From Treponemataceae bacterium (GTDB taxonomy: Bacteria > Spirochaetota > Spirochaetia > Treponematales > Rectinemataceae), in NCBI GenBank assembly GCA_963677895.2, contig CAXXGJ010000002.1:341083-405082 (forward strand): a stretch of 64,000 bases of DNA. The letters are read 5' to 3'. The notes beneath the pieces were generated by a model. The model was not told the DNA's origin, did no database searches, and was given only the letters and a program-made list of their open reading frames with translations. Below, piece after piece: positions 1-10,030 of the stretch. The position numbers and the translations under genes are program-made. Numbering within the stretch: position 1 is the first letter of the stretch; each line of letters starts with the position of its first letter.

Positions 1-1033
1 AAGCGGCTTTGCCGAGAGCGCCCTTGTTGAAGCCCACGGCCGAGGTGTCGGGATTGTTGATGTTTTTCCAGTCAGGGCTGTTCCATTCGAAGTGGGCCTT
101 CCAGGTTCCTGCCATGGCTTCTTTCACGGTCTTGGCATAGGCGGGACCCCAGTTGAAATAGGGAACGCCGAGGGAAACGCCCTTGCCCTCGTCCATGGCC
201 TTGGAATAGTCGTAGGGGATGGCCCAGACCTGCTTGCCCTGAGCGGTGAACTTGGCGGCTTCGGCCACGGCTTCCGTGGTGTCGATGCCTGAGATGACGA
301 CGTCGCAGCCTGAGTTGAAGAACTCGTCGGCCACCTGGGTGGGGTCGGCGGTGACGCCGGGGATATTGAACCAGAAGCCGATCCAGGTGACGCGGAACTT
401 GAGCTGGGCGGGATCCTTCTTGAGGTAGTTGACCCAGGCGTATTTCGCGCCGAGGTAGGCCGAGGCGGCCAGGCGCCTGGTCTCGTCGTTGATGAGGGGG
501 CCGAGGAAGCCGATCTGGCCGGTCTTGGTGGTGAGGGCGGCGGCGACGCCGGCCGCCATCTTCATGTATTCCATCTTGCCCATGATGTTGATCATGTTGG
601 CCATGGGCTTGTAGGCCTTGCCTTCCTTCCACTGCTGGTCGCCCGTGGTCATGATGACGAAGATATCGGGATGGGCGGATGCGAATTTGACCGCTTCGTC
701 CATCATGTCGTCCGAGGAGAAGCAGATGAGCTTGGCGCCCTGCGCCACGAGGCTTTCTCCAAGCTGGGATACCGTGGTGCCCGGCCTGTCGGCGGAGTTG
801 GCTTTGTCAATGTAGACGAGCTTGGTGCCCGGTACCTTGGCGAGGACATACTGCATGCCGTCGTAATTGGCCTGGCTCCAGCCGCGATCGTTGTAGGGAC
901 CGACCATGACGAGGCCTATGGTGAGATTCGCGCCGGCCGCCTTGGGGGCCGCCGAAGATACGGCCTGGGCAAAGGCCGGCATGCTTAGGACGGCGATCAG
1001 CGCCGCCAGGATGAGGATGCGGAAGCTTTTCAT
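1..1033 (-). CDS. BMP family (PnrA-like) ABC transporter substrate-binding protein, 3' end outside the window
   Basis: Read by hand because it is missing from the ORF track: ATG at 1033 after AAGGAG, MKSFRILILAALIAVLSMPAFA signal, then VMVGPYNDRGWSQANYDG ... TKTGQIGFLGP ... VTWIGFWFN ... YFNWGPAY, typical BMP motifs; no stop before the window edge. Confidence 0.85.
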   Translation of the reverse strand, partial: MKSFRILILAALIAVLSMPAFAQAVSSAAPKAAGANLTIGLVMVGPYNDRGWSQANYDGMQYVLAKVPGTKLVYIDKANSADRPGTTVSQLGESLVAQGAKLICFSSDDMMDEAVKFASAHPDIFVIMTTGDQQWKEGKAYKPMANMINIMGKMEYMKMAAGVAAALTTKTGQIGFLGPLINDETRRLAASAYLGAKYAWVNYLKKDPAQLKFRVTWIGFWFNIPGVTADPTQVADEFFNSGCDVVISGIDTTEAVAEAAKFTAQGKQVWAIPYDYSKAMDEGKGVSLGVPYFNWGPAYAKTVKEAMAGTWKAHFEWNSPDWKNINNPDTSAVGFNKGALGKAA

Positions 1034-1138
1034 CTGTGTCTCCTTGGCCGCGTGCGGTTTTGTCGTGCGGAACCGGCGGCCTCGCTCTTCTTCTGGATTA
1101 TAGGGCGTCGCCGCGCTTTGCGGAAGCGGAAAACCGCG

Positions 1139-1453
1139 TCAATCCATATGAAATACGGGAGAGAGCGGTTTCGATGCCGGAGAATGGTCGGGATTCGTCT
1201 CCATTATGTCCCCCATGTAGTCCCACCACTTCCGAACGATAGCCTTGCGGGGGAGATCGTCAGCGGTGGAATTGTCGGCGCGGGTCTGGACGGCGAAGAG
1301 GAAATGGCTTTCCGGGTCGAGATAGATCGAATAATCGGATATGCCCGCGGCCTTGAGTTCGGCGAGCATCTCCGGCCAGATGGCGTCGTGGCGGCGTTTA
1401 TATTCGGCTTCGTATCCCGGTTTCAGTTTCATGACGAATGCTTTGCGTTCCAT
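1139..1453 (-). CDS. rhaM: L-rhamnose mutarotase
   Basis: 104 aa; RKAFVMKLKPG..EYKRRHDAIWPEM...GISDYSIYLD and KWWDYMGDIMETNPD..P motifs; rhamnose gene context. Confidence 0.95.
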   Translation of the reverse strand: MERKAFVMKLKPGYEAEYKRRHDAIWPEMLAELKAAGISDYSIYLDPESHFLFAVQTRADNSTADDLPRKAIVRKWWDYMGDIMETNPDHSPASKPLSPVFHMD

Positions 1454-1494
1454 GCTTTTCTCCTGTACAACATAAATCTTGAAATCGACTCCAG

Positions 1495-1522
1495 ATTATA
1501 TACTCAGGAAGTCCCGCGACAA
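1495..1522 (-). promoter_or_regulatory. sigma70-like promoter for rhaM
   Basis: Minus strand TTGTCG-16 nt-TATAAT, followed by AGGAG RBS and the rhaM ATG. Confidence 0.55.
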
Positions 1523-1627
1523 GCCGGGCCAAGGCAATCCGGCACCCCATCATCATTCGCGTGCGACTTTCTTGCTAATTAATTAAATAATTATGATATT
1601 AGCATAATCCTATACAAGGAGGATCCC

Positions 1628-2017
1628 ATGAAGAAGATAGCTTTTCTCGCTTTGCTGATTCTATCGGTAATGCTTCCGATTTCCGTTTTCGCCGAAACCT
1701 ATGACAAGGATGCGGTCGTTTCCGCCATGCGCGCCAACCAGGCGAGGATAGGCGTCGTCAAGACAGCGGTCGCCAACAACGACTTCTTCAAGGCCGGCCA
1801 GGCGTTTTTTGATTACGCCAGCCTGGCCGCCAGGATGCAGGCCATGGATCCGCCCAAGGGTTCCAAGGATGACTGGGTGAGGCTATGGAATCTGTTCCAG
1901 GACAAAGCGTTTCTGGGGATAGGAGCCTGCGGGGAGCGGGACGCGGCCAAGGTCCTGAAGGCGCTGGACGAGCTGGTAGCCGTGAATAAAATCGGTCATC
2001 CCGAGTTCAGGTTCTGA
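1628..2017 (+). CDS. Secreted helical protein, cytochrome c'/b562-like four-helix-bundle candidate
   Basis: AAGGAGG RBS, Sec signal ending VFA, amphipathic helices, N-terminal Met (SAMRAN) and C-terminal GHPEFR. Confidence 0.6.
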   Translation: MKKIAFLALLILSVMLPISVFAETYDKDAVVSAMRANQARIGVVKTAVANNDFFKAGQAFFDYASLAARMQAMDPPKGSKDDWVRLWNLFQDKAFLGIGACGERDAAKVLKALDELVAVNKIGHPEFRF

Positions 2018-2036
2018 ATTCGCCTCGATAGAAGGG

Positions 2037-2078
2037 AAAAAAAGGAGGGCGATGCGGTTGCATCGCTCTCCTTTTTTT
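2037..2078. terminator. Bidirectional intrinsic terminator between convergent genes
   Basis: A-tract, GGAGGGCGATGC-ggtt-GCATCGCTCTCC stem, T-tract. Confidence 0.85.
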
Positions 2079-3288
2079 AGCGGGCCGGGAGGGATGCCCG
2101 ATACTGTTCCACTTCCCAATTTCGTATGAATGCCACCGACTCGGGGCTCATGGGGCGGGGGCCGCCGAAAGCCAGGCTGTAGACCGCCACCTTGCAGGAA
2201 TCCACGAAGAGTTCGAGTGCGCGCGACGCGGCCGGGACGGCTGCTTCGCGCGAGCCTTGGCCTATCGCGAACGCTCCGATGTTCTTGGCGAGGACGATGC
2301 GCGGAGCCTTGCCGTTCCGTTTCAGATAGTCGGCCCAGGCGTCGATGAGGCCTTCGACCTCGTCGACGCGCAGGTATTCGTGGCCTGCGTAGACGATATG
2401 GTCGGGGCTGAAGGGCCTTGAGAGCGGCGCGAAGGCCGCGGCCGAGGCGGCGAATCCAAAGATCATCCTGTCGGCTCGATGCAGTATGGCGGCGTCGGCG
2501 CCCGCAAGTGCGCGCAGCGCGGCCTGGAATCCGGCGATGGCGCCCGCGTCGGCGGCCACGGCTCTTTCGTCGGGCTCTGCGATTGCGGCGCCGGCGCCGG
2601 CTTTGGTTCCAGGGCTAGCGATTTCGGCCTTGAGTTTCGCGATGATCGAATTCGATATGGCAACCACCTCTTCCGGGCTTCCGCCCGCGACCAGAAGGCC
2701 GTGGTTCTGCATGAACATGAAGGCCGGCGCCCTGCCTTTCAGCTTCCTGAATTCGGCGAAAATGCCGCTCACGGTTTTCGCGAGGATATAGCCGGGATCG
2801 ACCAGGGGCACCCAGATGCCCTCGTCGCCGAAGAGGCGGCGAAAGGCGGCCTCGCCGCCCTGGCCGCAGGTGAGGCCGTTGACGATGGCCGGATGCGTAT
2901 GCACGACGAAGGCCTGCGGAAAAAATCCGTGGAGGAGGGTTTCCACAGAGGGGCGTTTCGTCTCGCCGGGAACCCTGGCGGCCATCAGGTCGGCGAGGGC
3001 TTCCTTTTCGCGGGCGGCGCTGTCGGCCGGGTAGGTCTTTTCCCATATGGCGTCGAGGCGGGCGCGGTCCATTTCGCAGAAGCCTGATTCGTCGATGGAA
3101 CCGAGGGCGAAACCCGAGGCCTTCACGTAGAGCCTGTCGGCCGTCTTCCAGGAAGTGTTGCCGCCGCCGGCGAGGACCCATGCCGGGTCGCCGCCGAAAC
3201 GGCGTGAGATGAGGACGAGGCGAGCGAGCGCCGCCGCTCGCTCGGCGTCCTTGTTTTCATTTGGGGAATTGTTGTGGGTGTCGGCCAT
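2077..3288 (-). CDS. Class II aldolase/adducin family protein, probable rhamnulose-1-phosphate aldolase (RhaEW aldolase-type, no SDR domain)
   Basis: GGGNTSWK, VKASG, RPSVETLLH, HTH, QNHGL, PDHIVY and NWEVEQYR motifs; directly downstream of rhaA. Confidence 0.8.
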   Translation of the reverse strand: MADTHNNSPNENKDAERAAALARLVLISRRFGGDPAWVLAGGGNTSWKTADRLYVKASGFALGSIDESGFCEMDRARLDAIWEKTYPADSAAREKEALADLMAARVPGETKRPSVETLLHGFFPQAFVVHTHPAIVNGLTCGQGGEAAFRRLFGDEGIWVPLVDPGYILAKTVSGIFAEFRKLKGRAPAFMFMQNHGLLVAGGSPEEVVAISNSIIAKLKAEIASPGTKAGAGAAIAEPDERAVAADAGAIAGFQAALRALAGADAAILHRADRMIFGFAASAAAFAPLSRPFSPDHIVYAGHEYLRVDEVEGLIDAWADYLKRNGKAPRIVLAKNIGAFAIGQGSREAAVPAASRALELFVDSCKVAVYSLAFGGPRPMSPESVAFIRNWEVEQYRASLPAR

Positions 3289-3293
3289 GACGC

Positions 3294-4562
3294 TCAGCTC
3301 CTCGACGCGAGAACAGTTTTCGAATATGAAGCCACTTCGCCGATGAATTCGCGGTCGGCGGGCTTGTCCGCGCGCCGGCAGAATTCGTCCCAGACGGCTC
3401 CCCAGGGCAGGCCGCGTTCCTCCTCGAAGAGGGCGAGGCGCGCGAATCCGTCGCCGCGGGCCTCGGCGGCGGCCAGAACTTCGCGCGGTTCGAGGAAAGC
3501 CTTGAGGAAGGCTTTGCGAGCCGCCCGCGCCCCTATAGCCCAGGCGCCGATGCGGTTGATGGACGCGTCGAAGTAATCGAGACCGAGCCTGATCTTGTCG
3601 AGGCGGCCTGAGCGGACCACTTCCTCGGCCACTTCGGCCAGTTCGTCCCCGTTGACGAGGACGTGGTCCGAGTCCCAGCGCACGGGACGGGAAAGGTGGA
3701 TGAGGAGGCCGGGAACGAAGGGCAGGACGGCCGAGACCTTGTCCGCGACGCTTTCCGTCGGATGGAAATGCCCCATGTCCATGGTGAGGAATATTCGGCG
3801 CGTGGCGGCGTAGCCGAGGTAGAAGTCGTGGGAGCCCGGGGTGAAATATTCGGCCCCGATGCCGAAAAGCTTGCCTTCGACGGCATCCTCCACGAGGTTG
3901 GCGGAGAGCTTTTCCTCATAGACGCGGTCGAGCGACTCGACGAGCCTTGCCCTATAGTCCCCGCGCGAGGCCGTCTTGTCCTTCGAGCCGTCGGGAATCC
4001 AGGTGTTGTTGACGCAAGGGGAACCCTGGGCGGCTCCCATGGCCGCGGCGACGCGCCGGGAGCGCTTCGCGTGCTCGACCCAGAAATCGCGCACGGAGGT
4101 CTCGGGGCTGCAAAGGGTCCATCCCGAAGCCGCCAGTGGATGGGAAAAGAGGGTGGGATTGAAGTCGAGGGGGAGCTTCCGGGCCTTGGCCCAGTCCATC
4201 CAGCCCGCGAAATGGGCCGGTTCGAGGGCGTCGCGGTCGACGGCCTTGCCGCCGAATTCCCCGTAGATCGCGTGGAGCGAGAGCCGCAGGGCGCCGGGCA
4301 CCAGGGCGCGCACCTCGTCGATGTCGGCCCGCAGTTCGCCTATGGTCCGCGCCTTGCCCGGAAAGTTGCCCGTCACCTGTATGCCGCCGCCGTCGAGGGA
4401 GGCGCCGGCGCGCTCGAAGCCGCCCACGTCGTCGCCCTGCCAGCAGTGGAGGGAGAGGGGCAGGGAGGCGGCGGCGGCCAGAGCCGCTTCGATGTCGACA
4501 CCCAGTTCCCCGTATCGCTCGACGGCGTTTTCAAAGGCCGCTTTGTCATTTTTCCTGTTCAT
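3294..4562 (-). CDS. rhaA: L-rhamnose isomerase
   Basis: SLHCWQGDDVGGFE, GGIQVTGNFPGKART, DFNPTLFSHP, WIPDGSKD, GHFHPTE, SRPVRWDSDHV, GLDYFDASINRI. Confidence 0.97.
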   Translation of the reverse strand: MNRKNDKAAFENAVERYGELGVDIEAALAAAASLPLSLHCWQGDDVGGFERAGASLDGGGIQVTGNFPGKARTIGELRADIDEVRALVPGALRLSLHAIYGEFGGKAVDRDALEPAHFAGWMDWAKARKLPLDFNPTLFSHPLAASGWTLCSPETSVRDFWVEHAKRSRRVAAAMGAAQGSPCVNNTWIPDGSKDKTASRGDYRARLVESLDRVYEEKLSANLVEDAVEGKLFGIGAEYFTPGSHDFYLGYAATRRIFLTMDMGHFHPTESVADKVSAVLPFVPGLLIHLSRPVRWDSDHVLVNGDELAEVAEEVVRSGRLDKIRLGLDYFDASINRIGAWAIGARAARKAFLKAFLEPREVLAAAEARGDGFARLALFEEERGLPWGAVWDEFCRRADKPADREFIGEVASYSKTVLASRS

Positions 4563-5617
4563 CGTTTTACTCCGCTTCGCGCCCCGGATTTCGCCCGTCC
4601 CGCCCTCAGCCTGGCCCTTAGTCCGTCGGTGAACTTGGGCAGGAGGATGGCGACGACCAGGAGGACGCCCGTGATTATATTCATCACTTTTCCGGGCACA
4701 TTCAAGACGCCCATGCCGAATTTCATGTAACCGAGGAGGAAATTCGAGATTATGACGCCGGCTATGTTGCCCTTGCCGCCCGTAATGGCAATGCCGCCGA
4801 GGACGACGATGGTGATGACGTCCGTGTCCCAGCCCGAGGCTATGTTGGGCCGCGTCGAGCCGATGCGCGAGGTGAGCATGACGGCGGCGATGCCGGCGGC
4901 GAGCCCGCTCGCGGCGAAGGCTATCATCCGGACCTTGTCGACGGGGACGCCCGAGAAGCGCGCCGCCGTCTTGTTGTTCCCGACAGCGTAGACGTGGCGG
5001 CCGTACACCGTCTTGTTGAGGACGACGCCGCAGAAGACGGCCGCCACGAGGAAGACGAGGAGTTCGAAGGGCACGAGGCTTTTGCCCAGGTAACCCTGGC
5101 CGAAATAGGCGAAGCTCGCGGGGTACTTCGTGTACGCCTGGTCGCCCAGCACAGCGTTCGCTATCCCCCTGAAGAGGGAGGAAGAGCCGAGGGTCACGGC
5201 GATGGAGGGAATGGCGAGCTTCGTGATGAGAAGGCCGTTGAAGAGGCCGGCGATAAGGCCGACGCCCAGGCCTATGGCCACGATGGTGAGTGTGTCGGCG
5301 CCGCCCGCGCTCGCCATGCCCATGAAGAGGCTCGAAAGGGAAATGATGGACGATACGGATATGTCTATGTCGCCGAGGAGGATGACGAACATCATCGGCA
5401 GCGACATCACGGCCTTTTCCATGAAGTTGAAGGTCGTGTCGAAGAGATTCACCGGATCGAGGAAATAAGGAGAGAGAAGGGAGTTGCCCGCGAATACGAA
5501 AATGAAAATGAGGAAGAGCATCGATTCCCAGCGGAGAAGGAAATCGGCCAACTTTCTGGGGCCGCTCAACTTTGTGAGCCTCGTCGTCTCGACGAATCCC
5601 GTGCCTGAGTCGCTCAT
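4559..5617 (-). CDS. rhaQ: Rhamnose ABC transporter permease (RhaQ-like)
   Basis: RbsC-family permease (IDISV, YGRHVYAVGNN..AARFSGV, VVLGG...GGKG); overlaps both neighbours by 4 nt. Confidence 0.85.
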   Translation of the reverse strand: MSDSGTGFVETTRLTKLSGPRKLADFLLRWESMLFLIFIFVFAGNSLLSPYFLDPVNLFDTTFNFMEKAVMSLPMMFVILLGDIDISVSSIISLSSLFMGMASAGGADTLTIVAIGLGVGLIAGLFNGLLITKLAIPSIAVTLGSSSLFRGIANAVLGDQAYTKYPASFAYFGQGYLGKSLVPFELLVFLVAAVFCGVVLNKTVYGRHVYAVGNNKTAARFSGVPVDKVRMIAFAASGLAAGIAAVMLTSRIGSTRPNIASGWDTDVITIVVLGGIAITGGKGNIAGVIISNFLLGYMKFGMGVLNVPGKVMNIITGVLLVVAILLPKFTDGLRARLRAGRAKSGARSGVKR

Positions 5618-6587
5618 CGTGCCCTCCCCGCCGCGAAGGCCTTCTTGTTGCGCCGGTCGATGATCGTGTTGGCGACCACCGCCGTCAGGATGATGAAGCC
5701 CTGGATGGCCATCTGGAGGAAGGGAGAGAGCCGCAGGACCGGGAGGGCGTTGTTGACGACGCCGAGGAAGAGGGAGCCCAGGACGACGCCGAGAATGGTT
5801 CCGGAGCCGCCCGCGATGTTGACGCCACCCAGGACGGCGGCAGCCACCGTCTGCATCTCGAATCCGGAAGCCGTCTCGTTCTGGGCTATGCCGTAGCGTG
5901 AGACGTAGAGTAGGCCGGCGAGGCCGGCGAGGGCTCCCGAAATGACGAAGACGATGATCTCGACCTTTTTCTGGCTCACCCCGGCGAATCGGGCCGCCGT
6001 CGGGTTGCCGCCTATGGCGTAGATGTCCCTGCCCGACCGCGTGTAGCGCATGAAGAGGTGCGCCAGCAGGGCGACGGCGAGAGCCGCCCAGAACATGTGG
6101 GGCAGGCCGAGGCTCAATCCTTCGGGGATTTTACGGAAGCCTTCGTCATCTCGTTGGCCGTCACCCACTGCCCCTTGGAGAGGAGGAATACGAGGCCTCT
6201 ATAGGCGCTCATCATGCCGAGACTGGCGATGAGGGGGGGCAGTTTTCCGAAGGCGACGAGGATGCCGCCGAGGCCTCCGAGCGCCGCGCCCGCCGCGATG
6301 CTGAAGGGCATGAAGAAGGCCGTGGGCAGTACCGGCTGGAACTGGTTGAGCATGGCCGCCGCCATGCCCGCCAGGGCCATCGTCGAGCCCACCGAGATGT
6401 CGATGCCGCCGATGAGGATGACGCCGAACTGCCCGATGGCCACGATGATGAGGATGCAGGAGTCGACGACGATGTTGAGGAGGCTCTTGGGCGCCACGAA
6501 TCCGGGGGCCCGCAGGGATACCGCCAGCGTGAGGATGACGATGAGGAGACAGAGCGTCGTCTCCTTGCGCTTCAACAGTTTTTTCAT
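5614..6587 (-). CDS. rhaP: Rhamnose ABC transporter permease (RhaP-like), split by a 1-nt frameshift near 6145
   Basis: ATG at 6587 overlaps the ATPase stop; N-half MKKLLKRKETT...GIDISVGS...QWVTANEMT continues in another frame as EGFRKIPEG...GRDIYAIGGN..AARFAGV. Confidence 0.8.
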
Positions 6588-8101
6588 GCCGCTTCCCCCG
6601 TCGCGCCCTTGGCGGCGCCAGTCGCGGCCTTGAGGATTTTCTCCTCCGAGGCCTCCGCACGGTCCATCACGGCGACAAGCTCGCCTTCGTGCATCACCGC
6701 AACGCGATCGGACATGCCCAGGATCTCGGGCAGTTCGGAGGAGATCATGATGATGGCCATGCCCTCGGCCGCCATGCTCGACATGAATTCGTGGACCGCA
6801 GCCTTCGTCCCCACGTCGATGCCCTTGGTGGGCTCGTCGAGGATGAGGATGCGCGGCTGGGTGGCCAGCCACTTGGCCAGGACCACTTTCTGCTGGTTGC
6901 CGCCCGAAAGCGTTAGCGCCTCGACATCCCAGCCCGCCGCCCTGATCTCCATCTTGGCGCCGTATTCGCGGGCGAGGGCGGCTTCCCGCTTCATCGCGAC
7001 GAAACCGGCCTTGGAGAGGCTCGCCGTCTGTGGCAGGCAGATATTGTTCGCTATGGAGAGAGGCAGGACGAGGCCCTGGCCCTGCCTGTCCTCGGGCACG
7101 TAGGCGAGTCCATGGGCGAGCGCGGCGCAGGGATCGGCGAAACGGACTTTCTTGCCTTCGAGGAAGATTTCGCCCGAATCGAGGGGGTCGAGGCCGAGGA
7201 GGGACTTCATGATCTCGCTCCTCCCCGCGCCCACGAGGCCGAAAAAGCCGAGGATTTCGCCTTTCCTGAGCGAAAAACTCACATCTTTGAAGGATCGCCC
7301 GGAACTGAATCCCTCTATCCTGAGGATTTCCTCGCCTATCTCGGCCTCGCGCTTGGGGAACATCTGGCTCAGTTCGCGGCCGGCCATGAGGCGGACGAGG
7401 GAATCGATCGTGGCGTCTTTCATGAGGCCGGCGCCGATCAGCTTGCCGTCGCGGAGCACGGTGTAGGAGTCCGCGATGGCGAAAAGTTCGTCGAACTTGT
7501 GGGAGATGAAGAGAATGGCCGTCCCGCTGTCGCGGAGCTGGCGGACGATCTTGAAAAGATCCTCCGTCTCGCGTATCGAAAGCGCGCTCGTCGGCTCGTC
7601 CATGATGAGAAGACGGGCGTTCATCGAAAGGGCGCGCGCTATGCCCACCATGTGGCGCTGCGCGACCGAGAGTTCCGAAACCATGGCGTCTGGATCTACG
7701 TCCAGCTCGATGCGCGCGCATAACTCCCTGGTTTTGGCCCGCATGCCGGGCCAATCGAGGAGGCCGATGCCGCGCTTCCTCAGCATGTGGCCCGAGAAGA
7801 CATTCTCGGCGACCGACAGATCGGGGAACATGATGGGTTCCTGATGGATGGCGACGATGCCCGTCAGCTGGGCTTCGACCGTGGAGGAGAATTTCCGCTC
7901 GGTTCCCTCGAAGTCGATGCGCCCGGCCGTCGGCCTGTAGAGACCGGTGAGGACTTTCACGAGGGTAGACTTCCCCGCTCCGTTCTCGCCGATCAGGGCG
8001 TGCACTTCACCCGGCCGGACCGAGAGGTCCACATCGTCGAGGGCTTTGATGCCGGGGAAATACATCGAGATGCCCCGCATCTCGAGAATGTTCGAGTCCA
8101 C
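6584..8101 (-). CDS. rhaT: Sugar (rhamnose) ABC transporter ATP-binding protein, two-domain CUT2 type
   Basis: GENGAGKST, MDEPT, LSGGNQQK, LDEPTKGIDVG, ISSELPE. Confidence 0.9.
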   Translation of the reverse strand: MDSNILEMRGISMYFPGIKALDDVDLSVRPGEVHALIGENGAGKSTLVKVLTGLYRPTAGRIDFEGTERKFSSTVEAQLTGIVAIHQEPIMFPDLSVAENVFSGHMLRKRGIGLLDWPGMRAKTRELCARIELDVDPDAMVSELSVAQRHMVGIARALSMNARLLIMDEPTSALSIRETEDLFKIVRQLRDSGTAILFISHKFDELFAIADSYTVLRDGKLIGAGLMKDATIDSLVRLMAGRELSQMFPKREAEIGEEILRIEGFSSGRSFKDVSFSLRKGEILGFFGLVGAGRSEIMKSLLGLDPLDSGEIFLEGKKVRFADPCAALAHGLAYVPEDRQGQGLVLPLSIANNICLPQTASLSKAGFVAMKREAALAREYGAKMEIRAAGWDVEALTLSGGNQQKVVLAKWLATQPRILILDEPTKGIDVGTKAAVHEFMSSMAAEGMAIIMISSELPEILGMSDRVAVMHEGELVAVMDRAEASEEKILKAATGAAKGATGEAA

Positions 8102-8218
8102 TGGAGATCCTCCTTGAAAAGTTGAACCGCTGAAATGAAGAGTGCCTCGTCGCGCGGCGCGTCGGGAGGCCCGGCGCGCCGCGGCAAAGGCAGTAAAAAA
8201 TCGAAGTTGTTGCGAAAC

Positions 8219-9220
8219 TCAGAACATCTTGGCGAACTTGGCGACGTTTTCCTTCGTGAAGACGAAGGGAACGCCCATGACCGCGTTGCCGTCCTTGCCG
8301 ATCGCGATGTTGCCCATGCGTCCGGCTTTTACCACGTCGCCGTCATTGCCTTTCACCTGTCCTTTCACGAGGGCGTAGGCGATGTAGGTGGCGGAGTAGC
8401 CGAGGTCGATGGGATTCCACAGGGCGAATTTCCTGGAGATGTCCTTTTCGGTGTAGTACTTCATCTCGGAGGGGAGTCCGAGGCCGGTGAGTTCGACCTT
8501 GCCCTTCAGTCCCTTGTCCTCGATGGCTTTTCCCGCGGCGGCGACGCCGACCGTGGTCGGGGAGATGATGCCGCGGAGGTTGGGATAGGATTCGAAGAGG
8601 CCCAGGGCTTCGCGATAGGACTTGTCGGAGAGGTCGTCGCCGTAGACGGTCGCGACCAGTTTCATCTGGCTGTATTCGGGTTTCTTCAGCTCTTCCTTCA
8701 TCCAGCCGATCCAGGCGTTCTGGTTCGTGGCCTGGCTGGTGGCGGAGAGGATGGCGATCTCGCCTTTCTTGCCGATGAGTTCGGCGATCAGCTGCACCTG
8801 CTGGCGGCCGATGAGGTCTTCCTTGGAGGGAACGAGATCGACGAGGCGGCCGTCCTTGGCCACGCCGGAGTCGAAGGAGATGACTTTGATGCCGGCTTTC
8901 ATCGCTTTCTTGGCGATGGGAACGAGGGCGTCGCGGTCGTTGGCGGAGATCGCGATGGCGTCCACGCGCTGGGCGATCAGGGAATCGATGATTTCGATCT
9001 GTCCCTCGGCGGTCGGCGTCGCGGGACCCTGGTAGATGAGCTCGACGTTGCCGAGTTCCTTGGCCGCTTCCTGGCCGCCGTCGCGGCAGGCTTCGAAGAA
9101 ACCGTTGCCGAGGCCTTTGACGACCATGGCGATGCGGATTTTCTGCTGGGCGAACGCGGCGCCCGAGGCGAACAGGGCGAAGACGAGCAGCAACGCTACA
9201 AAACGAAACGCTTTTTTCAT
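8219..9220 (-). CDS. rhaS: Rhamnose ABC transporter substrate-binding protein
   Basis: Signal peptide; VKGLGNGFF, PTAEGQIEII, ATNQNAWI, YGDDLSDKSY, TGLGLPSEM, LWNPIDLGY are characteristic of RhaS binding proteins. Confidence 0.9.
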   Translation of the reverse strand: MKKAFRFVALLLVFALFASGAAFAQQKIRIAMVVKGLGNGFFEACRDGGQEAAKELGNVELIYQGPATPTAEGQIEIIDSLIAQRVDAIAISANDRDALVPIAKKAMKAGIKVISFDSGVAKDGRLVDLVPSKEDLIGRQQVQLIAELIGKKGEIAILSATSQATNQNAWIGWMKEELKKPEYSQMKLVATVYGDDLSDKSYREALGLFESYPNLRGIISPTTVGVAAAGKAIEDKGLKGKVELTGLGLPSEMKYYTEKDISRKFALWNPIDLGYSATYIAYALVKGQVKGNDGDVVKAGRMGNIAIGKDGNAVMGVPFVFTKENVAKFAKMF

Positions 9221-9328
9221 GAAAAGCCTCCTGGGAGATTTTGAGTACTATCACATGATGAGGGCGTTTCCAGAAACGCGAAATAGCATGGGTCTACGAT
9301 TCGGGTGTGCTGGTTCTACGATCCCGGA

Positions 9329-10030
9329 CTATTGCCTGCCCTCAGGCTTGCTCTCCGAGGGGTAGGCGCCCAGGAGTTCGCGGTAGCGCCTCGAAAAATG
9401 GCGGACATCCGAATAGCCCACGGCGCGGGCGGCCTCGGCCACGGAGAGTCCGCCTTCCAGGAGGAGCCGCCTGGCCTCGTTCACCCGGAATCGTGTGAGG
9501 TAAGACATGAAGGTTTCGCCCATTTTCTTGTGGAAGAAGGCCGAAAGATAGTTGGGCGTGAATCCCGTCATCTCCGCGAGATCGGCGATGCTCACGTCGG
9601 CGTTGAAATTGCGCGCCACATGTTCCAGGACGCGCGCGATCACCGGATCCTGTTCCGGACTGGAAGGCAGCATCCTGAAACGTTCGAGACAGGCGTGAAA
9701 ATCGCCGGGATCGACGGGCTTGACGAGGTATTCGGTGACCCCCAGTCTCAGCGCCGCGCGCGCGTATTCGAACTCGCTGTAGCTTGAAACGATTGCCCAG
9801 GAAGTTCCGGTCGCCGCGGGAACGCAGCGGCGCAGCGCCTCCAGCCCGTCCATTCCCGGCATGCGGATATCGACGAAGCAGAGCCGCGGCTTTTCCGCCA
9901 TGACCATGTCGACGAGTTCCAAGCCGTCGCCCGCTTCCCCGATGTCCTCGGGCGAAAAACCCTCGTCCAGCAGAAAAGATTTCAGCAGGAACCTGGCCGG
10001 AGCCTCGTCGTCGGCAACGATTACCTTCAT
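9329..10030 (-). CDS. Two-component response regulator, REC plus AraC HTH (YesN-like)
   Basis: VADDE, DIRMPGMDG, YLVKP; C-terminal NYLSAFFHK...VGYSD..HFSR. Confidence 0.9.
   Translation of the reverse strand: MKVIVADDEAPARFLLKSFLLDEGFSPEDIGEAGDGLELVDMVMAEKPRLCFVDIRMPGMDGLEALRRCVPAATGTSWAIVSSYSEFEYARAALRLGVTEYLVKPVDPGDFHACLERFRMLPSSPEQDPVIARVLEHVARNFNADVSIADLAEMTGFTPNYLSAFFHKKMGETFMSYLTRFRVNEARRLLLEGGLSVAEAARAVGYSDVRHFSRRYRELLGAYPSESKPEGRQ

Noticed and set aside
6114..7754. 546-aa ORF overlapping rhaT
   Set aside because: Only the part from ATG 6587 is real (the rhaP N-half); the rest is an alternative frame of rhaT
8148..8185. GC-rich hairpin between rhaS and rhaT as a REP/MITE or sRNA
   Set aside because: Single copy in the window; best explained as the usual mRNA-stabilising stem after a binding-protein gene
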